DNA from: Acidobacteriota bacterium
GTDB taxonomy: Bacteria > Acidobacteriota > UBA4820 > DSQY01
DNA: 64,000 bases
NCBI GenBank assembly: GCA_049968315.1
Contig: JBMFRA010000001.1
Location: 62,044 to 126,043, forward strand
Direction: 5' to 3'
In this document: positions 28,270 through 38,292 of the stretch, in pieces
Numbering within the stretch: position 1 is the first letter of the stretch
How the letters are laid out: every line of letters starts with the position of its first letter
Made by a program: the position numbers and the translations under genes
Notes under the pieces: model-generated
Databases searched by the model: none
What the model saw: the letters and a program-made list of their open reading frames with translations, nothing else
What the model was told of the DNA's origin: nothing

Positions 28270-30388
28270 CGTCCAGCCGGAGAAGGCCCGCGCGGAGGTC
28301 CCCGGCGAACTCCGCGCGGTGCCGTCTCTGAAGGCGGCGACGGCCCGGAAGTTGGCCGCCCTCGGGGTTCGGGGCCCGGAGGACCTTCTCTGGCGCCTGC
28401 CGTACCGGTACGAAGACCGGCGGAACCCCCTGCCGCTCTCCCAGGCCAGGCCCGGCGCCGCGGCCCTCTTTCGGGTCCGGGTCGGGGCGGTCCGGGGGCG
28501 GCGGGCCTTCCGGCGGAGGCGCATGCACCTCCTGGAGGCCATCGTCTCCGACGCCACGGGGAGCCTCCACGCCGTATGGTTCAACCAGCCCTGGCTGGAA
28601 AAGGTTCTGCTCCCGGGGCGGGAGGTCTTTCTCTACGGGCGGGTGGGCCTCTTTTCCACCCGGAGCGGACTCCGGTTGCAGCTGGAGAGCCCGGAGGTGG
28701 AGGCGGCGGAGGGAGCGGGCCCGCTCCTGGAAGGCCGCGTCGTGCCGGTCTACCGCTGCGAGGGCGGCCTCACCCAGCGCGAGTTGCGCGGGCTCTTCGC
28801 CGAACTCCTCCTGGGCGGGAAGCTCGCGCTGGAGGAGGTCCTGCCGGAGGCCCTCCTCCGGGAGGAGTCCCTTCCGCCCCGCCGGAGGGCCTTCGAAGAG
28901 GCCCACTTTCCACCGGAACCCCCCGCCGGGGACCTCGCCTGGATCCCGGGGGAGGCCCGGCGCCGCCTCGCCTTCGAAGAGCTGCTGGCCTTCCAGTGGG
29001 AGTTGGCCCTCTCCCGAAGGGAAAGGGAGGAGAGCCCCGGCGTCAGGGTGAGGCCCACACCCGAGGCGGGACAGCTCCTCAGGCGCATCCTGCCCTTCCG
29101 CCTGACGGGCGCCCAGCGGCGGGTCCTGAAGGAGGTGGTGGCCGACCTGGAGGCCCCCCGTCCCATGTACCGGCTCCTCTACGGCGACGTCGGTTCCGGA
29201 AAGACCATCGTCGCCTTCCTGGCCATGGTGCTCACCGCCCACGCCGGCTACCAGGCGGCCTTTCTCGCCCCCACGGAGATCCTGGCCCTCCAGCAGTTCC
29301 AGCGGATGGAGGAGCGCCTCCGGGGAACGGGAATCGCCGTGGGGTACCTGGCGGCGTCGGTGACCGGCAAGGCCCGGAACCTCCTGCTCGGCGCCCTCTC
29401 CCGGGGGGAGCTGCCCCTGGTGGTGGGGACCCACAGCCTCCTGGGGGAGGCGGTCTCCTTCCGGAACCTCGGGCTCGCCGTGATCGACGAACAGCACCGT
29501 TTCGGCGTGCTCCAGCGGGCGAGGATCGCCGCCAAGGGAGAGAGCCCCAACGTACTGGTCATGAGCGCCACCCCCATCCCCCGGAGCCTCGCCCTCACCC
29601 TCTACGGGGACCTGGACCTCTCCCTCCTGGACGAGAAGCCGCCGGGGCGGCGGAAGGTCGCCACCGTCCTGAGGGGCGAGTCGGCCCGCAGGCGCCTCGA
29701 AGCCTTCCTCCGAAAGGAGATGGACGAAGGAAGGCAGGTCTTCGTGGTCTTCCCCCTCGTGGAAGGCTCGGAGGAGGCGGCCGCCGCCGAAGAGGCTTTT
29801 CGGAGGCTCACGGCGGGCCCCTTCCGGGGCTACCCCGCGGCCCTCCTCCACGGCCGTCTCAAGGCGGCGGAGAAGGAGCGGGTCATGGGGGCGGTGCGCC
29901 GGGGGGAGGTGAGGCTCCTCGTGGCGACGACGGTGGTGGAGGTGGGGGTGGACCTTCCCGAAGCCAGCGTCATGGTGGTGGAAAACGCCGAGCGTTTCGG
30001 GCTCGCCCAGCTCCACCAGCTCCGCGGGCGGGTGGGCCGGGGGGAGCAGAAGGCCTACTGCGTGCTCATGGCCTCCCCCAATGCCTCCCCCGAAGCCCTG
30101 GAACGGCTCCGGGTCCTCGAGCGCTTCGACGACGGCTTCGCCATCGCCGAGGAGGACCTGCGGCTCCGGGGGGCCGGCGACCCCCGCGGAACGCGGCAGT
30201 GGGGCGGACGGACCTTCCGGGTGGCCAATCCCCTTCGGGATCATGGTATCTTGCAAGGCGCCCGGGAGTGGGCCCGAAGACTCGCCGACCCTCGATTTCC
30301 CTGGGGACCCGGCGAAAAGGAGCGCTTTCTCCGATGGATCGAAAGACAGAAGGAGGGCTCGGCCCTCGACCTCTCTCGGATCGGCTGA
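28253..30388 (+). CDS. recG: ATP-dependent DNA helicase RecG
   Basis: GDVGSGKT, DEQHRFG, MSATPIPR, QLHQLRGRVGRG and DLRLRGAG motifs. Confidence 0.96.
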   Translation: MAPRSDVQPEKARAEVPGELRAVPSLKAATARKLAALGVRGPEDLLWRLPYRYEDRRNPLPLSQARPGAAALFRVRVGAVRGRRAFRRRRMHLLEAIVSDATGSLHAVWFNQPWLEKVLLPGREVFLYGRVGLFSTRSGLRLQLESPEVEAAEGAGPLLEGRVVPVYRCEGGLTQRELRGLFAELLLGGKLALEEVLPEALLREESLPPRRRAFEEAHFPPEPPAGDLAWIPGEARRRLAFEELLAFQWELALSRREREESPGVRVRPTPEAGQLLRRILPFRLTGAQRRVLKEVVADLEAPRPMYRLLYGDVGSGKTIVAFLAMVLTAHAGYQAAFLAPTEILALQQFQRMEERLRGTGIAVGYLAASVTGKARNLLLGALSRGELPLVVGTHSLLGEAVSFRNLGLAVIDEQHRFGVLQRARIAAKGESPNVLVMSATPIPRSLALTLYGDLDLSLLDEKPPGRRKVATVLRGESARRRLEAFLRKEMDEGRQVFVVFPLVEGSEEAAAAEEAFRRLTAGPFRGYPAALLHGRLKAAEKERVMGAVRRGEVRLLVATTVVEVGVDLPEASVMVVENAERFGLAQLHQLRGRVGRGEQKAYCVLMASPNASPEALERLRVLERFDDGFAIAEEDLRLRGAGDPRGTRQWGGRTFRVANPLRDHGILQGAREWARRLADPRFPWGPGEKERFLRWIERQKEGSALDLSRIG

Positions 30389-31920
30389 GGTTTCCCCTGG
30401 CCCTCTTGGGAGGAGCCCTTCTCTGGGCGGCCTCCCTTCCTCCCTACGGCGTGCCGATCCTGGCGGTGGCCGCCTTCTTCCCCCCCCTCCTCTTCCTTCC
30501 GGAGGAGAGCCCCCGCCGGGCGGCGGCCTGGGGCTGGGCGGGGGGGAGCCTCTTCGAAGCGGCGACCCTTTGGTGGCTCGTCCCCACGGTGGTCCGCTTC
30601 GGCGGCATCCCCCTTCCCGTGGCCCTCCTGCTGATCGCGGGACTCTGCCTCCTTCTGGGCCTCTACTGGGCGGGCTTCTTCGCCACCGTGGCCCTCGCCG
30701 TCCGCCGCCGGGGAGAAGGGGCCCTCCTCGTGGCCCCCCTGGCATGGGTTCTCTGGGAGTGGCTTCGGGGAACGCTGCTCACGGGCTTTCCCTGGTGGGG
30801 GCCCGGGTACGCCCTTTCCCTCTACCCGGCCCTCCTCCAGTGCGTGCGGTTTCTGGGGATCCTGGGCCTTTCCCTCCTGGCGGTCCTCGCCGCCGCGGCG
30901 GTGGCCCTGTGGGTGAGGGAGCGGGAAAGCCCCGTGACCCTGGCGGCGGTGGCGGCCTCCCTCCTGCTCTACGGGGCGGCCTTTCTCTGGGGAACGGCCC
31001 AGGAGCGGAGGCCGGTCCTTCCCCTTCCCACCCTGGCGGTGGGGTACCTCCAGCCCCAAGTTCCCCAGGACGCCAAGTGGGACGAAGAGGAGGCGGGACG
31101 CATCGCAGGCCGCATGGAAAACCTCAGCCTGGCCTTTGAAAAGTACGGCCTCAAGTTGCTGGTCTGGCCCGAGTCCTCCACGCCCTCCGTCTGGGAGCGG
31201 GACCCGGCCCTCCAGCTTCGGGTGGCGGCCATCGCACGGCGAATCGGCGCGCCGGTTCTGGTGGGGACCACGCTGGAGGAGGCCGCCGGATTCCGCAACG
31301 GCGCCGTTCTCGTCACGCCCGAGGGCGGGGAGGGAGGCAGGTACGCCAAGACCCACCTGGTCCCCTTCGGCGAGTACGTTCCCTTGAGGCGCCTGCTCTT
31401 CTTCGCCCGGCCGCTGGTGGAGGCGGTGGGGGACTTCGTCCCCGGCAGCTCTCTGGCTCCCCTGGAGACGCCCGCGGGAAAGGCCGGCGTCACCATCTGT
31501 TACGAGGCCATCTTTCCGGGGCTCGTCCGAAGGCAGGTCCTTCAAGGTGCCGAGGTGCTGGTCAACCTGACCAACGACGCCTGGTACGAGGGGACGCCGG
31601 GGCCCTTCCAGCACTTCCTGATGGAGCGGGTCCGGGCGGTGGAGACCGACCGGTACCTCATCCGGAGCGCCAACGGCGGGGTCAGCGGGGTGGTGGACCC
31701 CCGGGGCCGCCTCCAGGCCCGGACGCCCCCCGGGGAAGCGGCCTCCTTCTGGGGCATCGTGGCCCCCCGAAGGACCTCGACCCTCTGGACCCGGGTGGGG
31801 AACGGCTGGCTGGGGATCGTCTTCCTGGCCCTGTTGGCCACCCTCCTTCCCACCCCTCCGCGGATACGGGTCTGGAAGGGAAGGGCGGCGGTCCCGGAGG
31901 CAGACTCTACAGAAGAATAG
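30334..31920 (+). CDS. lnt: Apolipoprotein N-acyltransferase
   Basis: TGFPW, VWPES, KTHLVPFGEYVP, ICYE and TNDAWY motifs. Start uncertain. Confidence 0.93.
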   Translation: MDRKTEGGLGPRPLSDRLRFPLALLGGALLWAASLPPYGVPILAVAAFFPPLLFLPEESPRRAAAWGWAGGSLFEAATLWWLVPTVVRFGGIPLPVALLLIAGLCLLLGLYWAGFFATVALAVRRRGEGALLVAPLAWVLWEWLRGTLLTGFPWWGPGYALSLYPALLQCVRFLGILGLSLLAVLAAAAVALWVRERESPVTLAAVAASLLLYGAAFLWGTAQERRPVLPLPTLAVGYLQPQVPQDAKWDEEEAGRIAGRMENLSLAFEKYGLKLLVWPESSTPSVWERDPALQLRVAAIARRIGAPVLVGTTLEEAAGFRNGAVLVTPEGGEGGRYAKTHLVPFGEYVPLRRLLFFARPLVEAVGDFVPGSSLAPLETPAGKAGVTICYEAIFPGLVRRQVLQGAEVLVNLTNDAWYEGTPGPFQHFLMERVRAVETDRYLIRSANGGVSGVVDPRGRLQARTPPGEAASFWGIVAPRRTSTLWTRVGNGWLGIVFLALLATLLPTPPRIRVWKGRAAVPEADSTEE

Positions 31921-32011
31921 GGCCGGCCCGCCCTGCCGCGGAGGCGGCCTCCAAGGGAGCGCCAGAGAGCTCCGAAGGAAACGCCTTCGGAAACGGCTGT
32001 AGAATCACGAT

Positions 32012-32276
32012 GGCACCCCTCGAAGGGCCGTCTCTTCTGAGCCTGTACCGAGGGAGCAATCGCGGCGACAAGTTGCTGTAGAGAGATGGCCAACCGGCTG
32101 TCCATGAAGGAGAAAGGCGCGTACCGGCCCGAAGCAGGGCAATGGCCGGGCCATGTAGCCAGTGGGGGGGGAGAAGGACCGAACCTGAAGTAATGAAGAG
32201 GGGCGCCTTGGCTGGGAGGGTCTTCCCAGGAGGGCGCGAAAGCCCCCTGCTCCCCACGCAAGGTTTTACCTCCCAG
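32012..32276 (+). ncRNA. Candidate structured non-coding RNA, family unassigned
   Basis: Nested helices 32012-21/32198-207, 32026-35/32082-91, 32096-100/32156-60, 32124-29/32144-49 and 32206-10/32259-63. GCAA and GAAA tetraloops on the + strand; TAGAAT just upstream. Confidence 0.5.
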
Positions 32277-32309
32277 GTGAAGGAGTGGAATGGGCAACGG
32301 GAGGCGGTG

Positions 32310-32337
32310 TTGTCATTCGGGAGGCCTCTTCTATAAT
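32310..32337 (+). promoter_or_regulatory. Sigma70-type promoter of cysK
   Basis: TTGTCA-16nt-TATAAT, followed by an AAGGAG RBS. Confidence 0.7.
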
Positions 32338-32371
32338 TAGCAATTTGGTTGGAGAAAGAAAGGAGCCGGTC

Positions 32372-33328
32372 GTGAGAGGACGCATTTACGACGGAATCGG
32401 CGAAACCATCGGCGATACCCCCCTCGTCCGTCTCAAGCGCCTGGTGGAGGCGGGGATGGCGGAGGTCTGCGTCAAGCTGGAGTTCTTCAATCCGGGAGCC
32501 AGCGTGAAGGACCGCATCGCCAAGGCCATGGTGGAGGCGGCGGAGGCGTCGGGCGCCCTGCGCCCCGGCATGGAGATCCTGGAGCCCACCTCGGGCAACA
32601 CCGGGATCGGTCTGGCCATGGTGGCGGCGGAGAAGGGCTACCCGCTGACCCTGGTCATGCCGGAGACCATGAGCGAGGAGCGGCGGCGGCTGTTGCAGGC
32701 CTTCGGCGCCCGCTTGGTCCTCACCCCCGGCGACAAGGGGATGAAGGGCGCCATTGCCGTGGCCGAGAGGATGAAGGCGGAGAAGGGGCCCGGCGTCTTC
32801 GTCCCCTCCCAGTTCGACAACCCCGCCAACCCCTGGATTCACCGGAACTCCACCGCTCTGGAGGTCCTCCGGGACACCGGCGGGCGGCTGGACGCCTTCG
32901 TCGCCGGGGTGGGGACGGGGGGAACCGTCGCCGGCGTCGGGAAGATGCTGAAGACGGCCCTGGGGCCCGGGGTCCTCGTCGTGGCGGTGGAGCCCAAGGA
33001 TTCTCCGGTCCTGTCGGGGGGCAGCCCGGGGCCGCACAAGATCCAGGGCATCGGTGCGGGCTTCGTCCCCGCCAACTACGACCCTGCGGTGGTGGACCGG
33101 GTGGTGGCCGTCGCCGCGGAGGACGCCTTTGCCGCCGCCCGCAGGCTGGCCGTGGAAGAGGGGATCCTGGTCGGCATCTCCTCGGGGGCCATTCTCCACG
33201 CCGCCCTGGGCGTCGCCCGCGAGCTGGGCCCGGGAAGGCGCGTCGTCAGCGTCGTCTGCGACAGCGGGGAGCGGTACCTCTCCACCCCCCTCTTCCCCTA
33301 CGAGGAGCCGGAGCGCCGGGCACCCTGA
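32372..33328 (+). CDS. cysK: Cysteine synthase A
   Basis: [24 protein letters not shown] and PHKIQGIG motifs. Confidence 0.95.
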   Translation: MRGRIYDGIGETIGDTPLVRLKRLVEAGMAEVCVKLEFFNPGASVKDRIAKAMVEAAEASGALRPGMEILEPTSGNTGIGLAMVAAEKGYPLTLVMPETMSEERRRLLQAFGARLVLTPGDKGMKGAIAVAERMKAEKGPGVFVPSQFDNPANPWIHRNSTALEVLRDTGGRLDAFVAGVGTGGTVAGVGKMLKTALGPGVLVVAVEPKDSPVLSGGSPGPHKIQGIGAGFVPANYDPAVVDRVVAVAAEDAFAAARRLAVEEGILVGISSGAILHAALGVARELGPGRRVVSVVCDSGERYLSTPLFPYEEPERRAP

Positions 33329-33427
33329 CACCCCTCTTGCCCCGGAGGCTTGCCGGAATTACACTCGGTCCAGGGCAGGATACTCCGCGGTGGTGGGGCC
33401 GGTGGGCCCCGTGCACGAGGGGGTGCC

Positions 33428-34108
33428 ATGGGACAGCGGATCCTGATCGTCGAAAGCGGAATGCCGGTGGTTCCCTTCGACCAGAGCCTTCTCCTCCGGA
33501 AGGAGCACGAGGTCTCTCGCGCCGCCACCGGGGAAGAGGCCCTGGCCAAGATCCGGGAGCAGGCCCCCAGCCTCGTCATCACCGACGACCGCCTCCAGGA
33601 CATGGAGGTGAAGGACTTCGTCCAGAAGCTCCGGAGCTCTCCGGAGGGTAGGAACGCCGCGGTGGTCCTCCTCTCGGGAAGTTCTTCTCCGGAAAAGCCC
33701 GAGGGCGTGAACACCGTCCTCAAGAAGCCCGTATCGGGCCCCGACTTCTACGAGGCCTGCCGCCGCCTCCTCTCCATCGCCGTGCGGAAGGACGCCCGCC
33801 TCCTCGTCTACGTCCAGGTCCAGGGCTTCGTCCAGTCCAGCCTCTTCCTCTGCAACTCCCTGAACCTCAGCGCATCGGGGATCCTCATCCTCACGGCCCG
33901 CCGGCTCAAGATCGGCGACCGGATCCAGCTGCAAATCACCCTGCCCATGGAGAAGGAGAAGGTCCGGGTCAACGGGGTGGTGGTGCGGGAGGCCAAGGAG
34001 GTGGACAGCCGGCTCAACGCCTACGGGATCCAGTTCGAAGACATCTCCCCCGAAGACCGGCGGCGGATCCAGAACTTCGTGGACGCGGGTCTGAAGGCGG
34101 GGGCCTGA
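33428..34108 (+). CDS. Receiver plus PilZ domain protein
   Basis: RILIVE...LVITDD...LKKP receiver domain; PilZ-like RKDAR and NLSASG. Confidence 0.78.
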   Translation: MGQRILIVESGMPVVPFDQSLLLRKEHEVSRAATGEEALAKIREQAPSLVITDDRLQDMEVKDFVQKLRSSPEGRNAAVVLLSGSSSPEKPEGVNTVLKKPVSGPDFYEACRRLLSIAVRKDARLLVYVQVQGFVQSSLFLCNSLNLSASGILILTARRLKIGDRIQLQITLPMEKEKVRVNGVVVREAKEVDSRLNAYGIQFEDISPEDRRRIQNFVDAGLKAGA

Positions 34109-34120
34109 GCCGGCGCCCCC

Positions 34121-34711
34121 TCAGGGGGCGAGGCTCTTCAGGGCCAGCCGGATCCAATCCTCCAGCGTACCCTCCGGTGCCCGGGCCCGGGCGGTCTCCA
34201 GGGCCTTCTGGGCGAGCTGGGTCTTGTACCCGAGGTTCTGGAGGGCCGCCACGGCGTCGGCGAGGTCGGGGGAGGGGGCCGGCTCCCGCGCCTCGGAGGC
34301 GGAGGCGGGCCAGAGGTCTCCGATCCGTTCCTTGAGCTCCAGGCAGATGCGCTGGGCCGTCTTTTTCCCGATGCGGGGGACGGCCTCCATCCGGCGTGTG
34401 TCCCCCCGGGCGATGGCGGTGAGCAGCTCGGGGAGTTCCATCCCCGAAAGGACCGCCAGGGCCGTCATGGGCCCCACCCCCTGGACGGTGGTCAGGCGCC
34501 GGAAGGTCTCCCGCTCCTCCCGGGAGAGGAAGCCGAAGAGGACGATGGCGTCCTCCCGCACGTCGGTGTGGATGAAGAGGTCCACCTCGCCGTCCTGAAG
34601 GCGCGTGAAGGTGGTCAGCGGAACCCGGACCTCGTACCCCACCCCCCCCGCCTCCACCACCAGGGCGGAGGGTTCCCGTTCCAGCAGGCGGCCCCGGAGC
34701 CTTCCGATCAC
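34121..34711 (-). CDS. ruvA: Holliday junction branch migration protein RuvA
   Basis: MIGRLRG, GGVGYEV, VREDA and IGKKTAQRI motifs. Confidence 0.96.
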   Translation of the reverse strand: MIGRLRGRLLEREPSALVVEAGGVGYEVRVPLTTFTRLQDGEVDLFIHTDVREDAIVLFGFLSREERETFRRLTTVQGVGPMTALAVLSGMELPELLTAIARGDTRRMEAVPRIGKKTAQRICLELKERIGDLWPASASEAREPAPSPDLADAVAALQNLGYKTQLAQKALETARARAPEGTLEDWIRLALKSLAP

Positions 34712-35205
34712 GGCCTTCTCCGTGGCGCCAGGGGGGAGGTGGAGGCCGAAAGGGCGCAGAGGGCCAGGGCCAGGGCGTCGGCGGCGTCGGAGGGGGAAGG
34801 GAGGTCGGCGAGGCCGAGGATGGCCTTCACCATGGCCTGGACCTGGTGCTTCTCCGCGCGGCCGTAGCCGGCGACGGCCGTCTTGACCTCCGCCGGCGAG
34901 AACTCCAGCAGGGGAAGGCCGGCGGCGGCGCAGGCCACCATCACCGCCCCGCGGACCTGGCCCAGTTTTAGGGCGCTTTGCACGTTCCCCGCCACGAAGA
35001 CCCCCTCCAGGGCCGCCACGTCGGGATGGTGCTCCGCGATCAGGTCCCGCAGCGCCTCGTGGATCCGGAGGAGCCGTTGGGGGTGGGGGAGGTCCCCCGG
35101 AAGGCGGAGGGCGCCGTAGGAGAGGGCCCGGTCCCGTCCCCCCCGGCGCTCCACGACGCCGAAACCGGTACAGCGGGAGCCGCTGTCCACCCCCAGGGCG
35201 ATCAT
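34708..35205 (-). CDS. ruvC: Crossover junction endodeoxyribonuclease RuvC
   Basis: LGVDSG, LGQVRG, GYGRAEKHQV and DAADALA motifs. Confidence 0.95.
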   Translation of the reverse strand: MIALGVDSGSRCTGFGVVERRGGRDRALSYGALRLPGDLPHPQRLLRIHEALRDLIAEHHPDVAALEGVFVAGNVQSALKLGQVRGAVMVACAAAGLPLLEFSPAEVKTAVAGYGRAEKHQVQAMVKAILGLADLPSPSDAADALALALCALSASTSPLAPRRRP

Positions 35206-35954
35206 CCCGCCTCGAAGGCCTCGAGGTCTTGGTCGTCGATGTCGAAGTTGGCCCAGACGTTGGCCACGTCGTCGTTGTCCTCGAGGGCGTCGATGAGCTT
35301 GAGGAGCCCCCGGGCCTGGTCGCCGGTGAGGTGGACGGTGAGGAGGGGCGCCCAGGCCGCCTTGGCGCTGGAGACGGGGATACCGGCCTTCTGGAGGGCG
35401 TCGTTGACGGCGTTCAGGGATTCGAAGGTGGTGATCACCGTGTAGGTGTCCCCGTCGTTCTGGACGTCCTCGGCCCCGGCCTCGATGGCCGCCTCGAAGA
35501 TCTTTTCCTCGCTGAGGCCCGCCGCCGGGACGGTGATCTGTCCCTGCCGCTGGAAGTTCCGGGAGGCGCACCCCGGCACGCCGAGGTTCCCGCCGTACTT
35601 GCTGAAGGTGTGCCGGATCTCCCCGGTGGTCCGGTTGCGGTTGTCGGTCTGGGCCTCCACCATGATGGCGACGCCCGCCGGCCCGAAGCCCTCGAAGAGC
35701 ACTTCTTCGATGGCCTCGCCCGCTTCGGCCCCCGTGCCGCGGGCGATGGCCCGCTTGATGTTGTCGTTGGGCATGTTGATGGCCCGGCCCGCCTGGATGG
35801 CCGCCCTCAGCCGGGGGTTGTTGTCGGGGTCGCCCCCGCCGAGGCGGGCGGCCACGATGATCTCCTTGGCGATCTTGGTGAACATCTTCCCACGCTTGGC
35901 GTCCTGGGCGCCCTTGCGCGCTTTGATATTGGCCCATTTGTTGTGACCGGACAT
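35202..35954 (-). CDS. yebC: YebC/PmpR family protein
   Basis: MSGHNKWANIK, TDNRNRT and LEDNDDV motifs; usual position before ruvC. Confidence 0.96.
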   Translation of the reverse strand: MSGHNKWANIKARKGAQDAKRGKMFTKIAKEIIVAARLGGGDPDNNPRLRAAIQAGRAINMPNDNIKRAIARGTGAEAGEAIEEVLFEGFGPAGVAIMVEAQTDNRNRTTGEIRHTFSKYGGNLGVPGCASRNFQRQGQITVPAAGLSEEKIFEAAIEAGAEDVQNDGDTYTVITTFESLNAVNDALQKAGIPVSSAKAAWAPLLTVHLTGDQARGLLKLIDALEDNDDVANVWANFDIDDQDLEAFEAG

Positions 35955-35998
35955 GGGTCCCTCACCTCCAGAAAGGCCCCCATTCTACCACGAACCGC

Positions 35999-37192
35999 TC
36001 AGTCCCGGGGGTAGGAGAGGGCCTCCTTCAGGCGGAAGAGGTCGCTCTCCCGCGGCACCAGGCGGACCACGGTGTGGAGGGTCTCGGGGTCCACCAGCTC
36101 CTGGAAGGGCACGGCCCGCAGGGTGAACTGCTCCCCCACGCTGACCATGCACCCGAACCGTCCCTCCTGGTAGAGCCGGAAGGCGCCGTTGCCCAGCATG
36201 GAGCCGAGGACCACGTCGTAGGAAACGGGAGGGGCCGTTCGCGTTTCGTAGCCGATCTGCTTGGGGTTGATCTTCTTCTCCCGGCCGGTCATTTCCTTGT
36301 ATCGGGCGGCGGTCTTCTCCGCCAGGGTGCGGCAGAGTTCGGCCCGGCCGTAGTACACGTTGCCGTGGGCGTCCACCTCCCGGGGCCGGTGGGCCTCTCC
36401 CAGCCGGTCGGCGAGCCCTTCGGCGATGCAGATGAGACCGGCGGTGCGGCCGTCCCGTTCGCGGCGCACGATGAGGCCGGCGAAGCGCTCCGCCAGCGCA
36501 TCGGGGTCCAGGTCCCCCTCCAGGTCCTCCGCCGCCACGATGTCGCAGGCCTCGGCGGCGATTCCGGCGGCGTAGGTGATCCACCCCGCCTTCCTGCCCA
36601 TGAGTTCCACCAGGAAGTAGGCGTTGGTGGAATCGGCGTCGGCCTTGAGGTTGAGCAGGGCCTTCTGGGCGGCGTCCACCGCCGTCCAGAAGCCGAAGGT
36701 CCAGTCGATGCCGTAGTAGTCGTTGTCGATGGTCTTGGGGACGTGGATGGTGGGCATCCCCAGGAGGTGGAGGAAGTTGGCCGTCTTGAGGGTGTCGTCG
36801 CCGCCCATGGTGACCAGGGCCTCCACCCCGAGGCTCCGCAGGCCATCCACGATGGCCCTCAGCCGCCCGTTCTTCTCGGGGTCCCAGAGGTCCGCCTTGG
36901 TGCGGATGGGTTTTCCGGGGTTGGCCCGGGAGGAGCGAAGGAAGACCCCCCGCTGGTTCCGGATGGCGGAGACGGAGGTGTCCAGCCGGAGAAAGTCGCG
37001 GCCCTCCTCAAGCGGCGAGGCGGGGCCGAACTTCTCCAGGCGGGAGAATCCCTCCAGGAAGCCCAGCACGGCGACGCCGTGGTCCAGGAAGCCGAGGGCG
37101 GCGGCGGAGATCACGGCGTTGGCGGCGGGGGCCGGCCCCCCCGAGAAGACCATTCCGACCTTGGGACCGTTGGAAGACGTGGCAGCGGACAT
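35999..37192 (-). CDS. Phosphofructokinase, probably PPi-dependent
   Basis: GGPAP, GGDDT, PKTIDND, ELMGR and GYETR motifs. Confidence 0.88.
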   Translation of the reverse strand: MSAATSSNGPKVGMVFSGGPAPAANAVISAAALGFLDHGVAVLGFLEGFSRLEKFGPASPLEEGRDFLRLDTSVSAIRNQRGVFLRSSRANPGKPIRTKADLWDPEKNGRLRAIVDGLRSLGVEALVTMGGDDTLKTANFLHLLGMPTIHVPKTIDNDYYGIDWTFGFWTAVDAAQKALLNLKADADSTNAYFLVELMGRKAGWITYAAGIAAEACDIVAAEDLEGDLDPDALAERFAGLIVRRERDGRTAGLICIAEGLADRLGEAHRPREVDAHGNVYYGRAELCRTLAEKTAARYKEMTGREKKINPKQIGYETRTAPPVSYDVVLGSMLGNGAFRLYQEGRFGCMVSVGEQFTLRAVPFQELVDPETLHTVVRLVPRESDLFRLKEALSYPRD

Positions 37193-37342
37193 GGGCGACC
37201 TCCCTTGGACGCGTGCGGGTGTGTTCACGGACGGCGGCAGTATAGCGGTCCATCCTCCGCCCCCTCAAGCCCCGGCCGGGAAGAGCCGGCCCTTTCCCGG
37301 CGTTGCCCTGGTAGCCGGCCAGGTCCGGAATGGAGGCGTGGA

Positions 37343-37870
37343 GTGAACGCACCGCACCTGCACCTCGTGCTCAACCATTTCCCCGTGGTGGGGAGCCCAT
37401 TGGTTCTGGCGTTGGGCCTCTGGGCCTTCTGGAAGCGGGACCCCTCCCTGGTCCGGGCCTTCCTGGTGGGCCAGATCGTACTGGGGTTCCTCGCCCTGGC
37501 GGCCTTCTTCAGCGGAAGCGCCGCCGAGGAGGGGGTGGAGGAGCTGCCGGGGGTCTCCAAGGGCCTCATCGAGGCCCACGAGGAGGCGGCCTACGCCGCC
37601 CTGGCCCTCCTGGTCCTGGGTGCCGCCACGGCCCTGGCCGCCCTCTGGCGGGCCCGGAAGCGCGGGGAAGCGGCCCCAGGGGCCCTCGCCCTGTCGTTGC
37701 TTCTCCTCGCGGCCTCGTCGGGTGCCGCGGCCTGGACCGCCAACCGGGGGGGGAAGATCCGCCACCCGGAGATCTCCGCTTCCCCGGCCCCTTCCGCCGC
37801 CCCGCCGTCGAAGGAGGGCGGCAGGGGAGGGGAGAGGGAGCGGGAGGAGCGGGGCCGGGAGGACCGTTAG
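37343..37870 (+). CDS. Four-TM membrane protein with conserved His residues (DUF2231-like)
   Basis: HLHLVLNHFP, IEAHEEAA and GGKIRHPEI motifs. Confidence 0.7.
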   Translation: MNAPHLHLVLNHFPVVGSPLVLALGLWAFWKRDPSLVRAFLVGQIVLGFLALAAFFSGSAAEEGVEELPGVSKGLIEAHEEAAYAALALLVLGAATALAALWRARKRGEAAPGALALSLLLLAASSGAAAWTANRGGKIRHPEISASPAPSAAPPSKEGGRGGEREREERGREDR

Positions 37871-38286
37871 GGGGCCTCGGAGGGCTCCGGGGGCCGCTCC
37901 CGCGGACCGGGGGCCTCACCGGCGAGGAGGGCGAGGTTCTCCGACACCTCCAAGGCCTTGGGGATCATCCGCCGGACCCTTTCCTTCGGGTAGTTGGCCT
38001 TCCGGAGGTCCTGCCCCAGGACGAGGAGGGAGGAGAAGCGGCAGGGGATGCACCCGAAACGGGTGGCCCGGGAGAGCCCCTCGGCGGCGGCGAGGAGGCT
38101 GGTTCCGTCTTCGTGGGGGAGGCCGTAGGCGGCCGAGGCGGCCAACAGGGCCTCCCGGACGGCCAAGAAGGCACGGCCGGCGGCGGCGTAGACCTCACCC
38201 CGGCCCAGCAGGAGCTGGGCCTCCCTCCGGGCCTCCTCGGCCCTTCGGATGCGCTCCGCGCAGGCGGGGGAGAGGGCCGGGGCCAT
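37867..38286 (-). CDS. Putative degenerate HEPN-like protein
   Basis: Helical pattern RAEEARREAQLLL...AAGRAFLAVREAL, H in LPHE, and LRKANY resembling HEPN R..ADY. Confidence 0.5.
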   Translation of the reverse strand: MAPALSPACAERIRRAEEARREAQLLLGRGEVYAAAGRAFLAVREALLAASAAYGLPHEDGTSLLAAAEGLSRATRFGCIPCRFSSLLVLGQDLRKANYPKERVRRMIPKALEVSENLALLAGEAPGPRERPPEPSEAP

Positions 38287-38292
38287 TTCCCC

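Noticed and set aside
32011-32026. TGGCAC as a sigma-54 promoter
   Set aside because: The -12 TTGC element is missing at the required spacing.
32012-32276. SAM-I riboswitch or group II intron upstream of cysK
   Set aside because: No SAM-I core is visible. GAAGGACCGAAC loosely resembles a group II domain III end, but there is no GUGCG start, domain V or RT gene.
37316-37340. SRP RNA-like CAGGTCCGGAA (also GAAGGAAGCAGC near 57732)
   Set aside because: Each has only half of the SRP helix-8 consensus and no long flanking helix.
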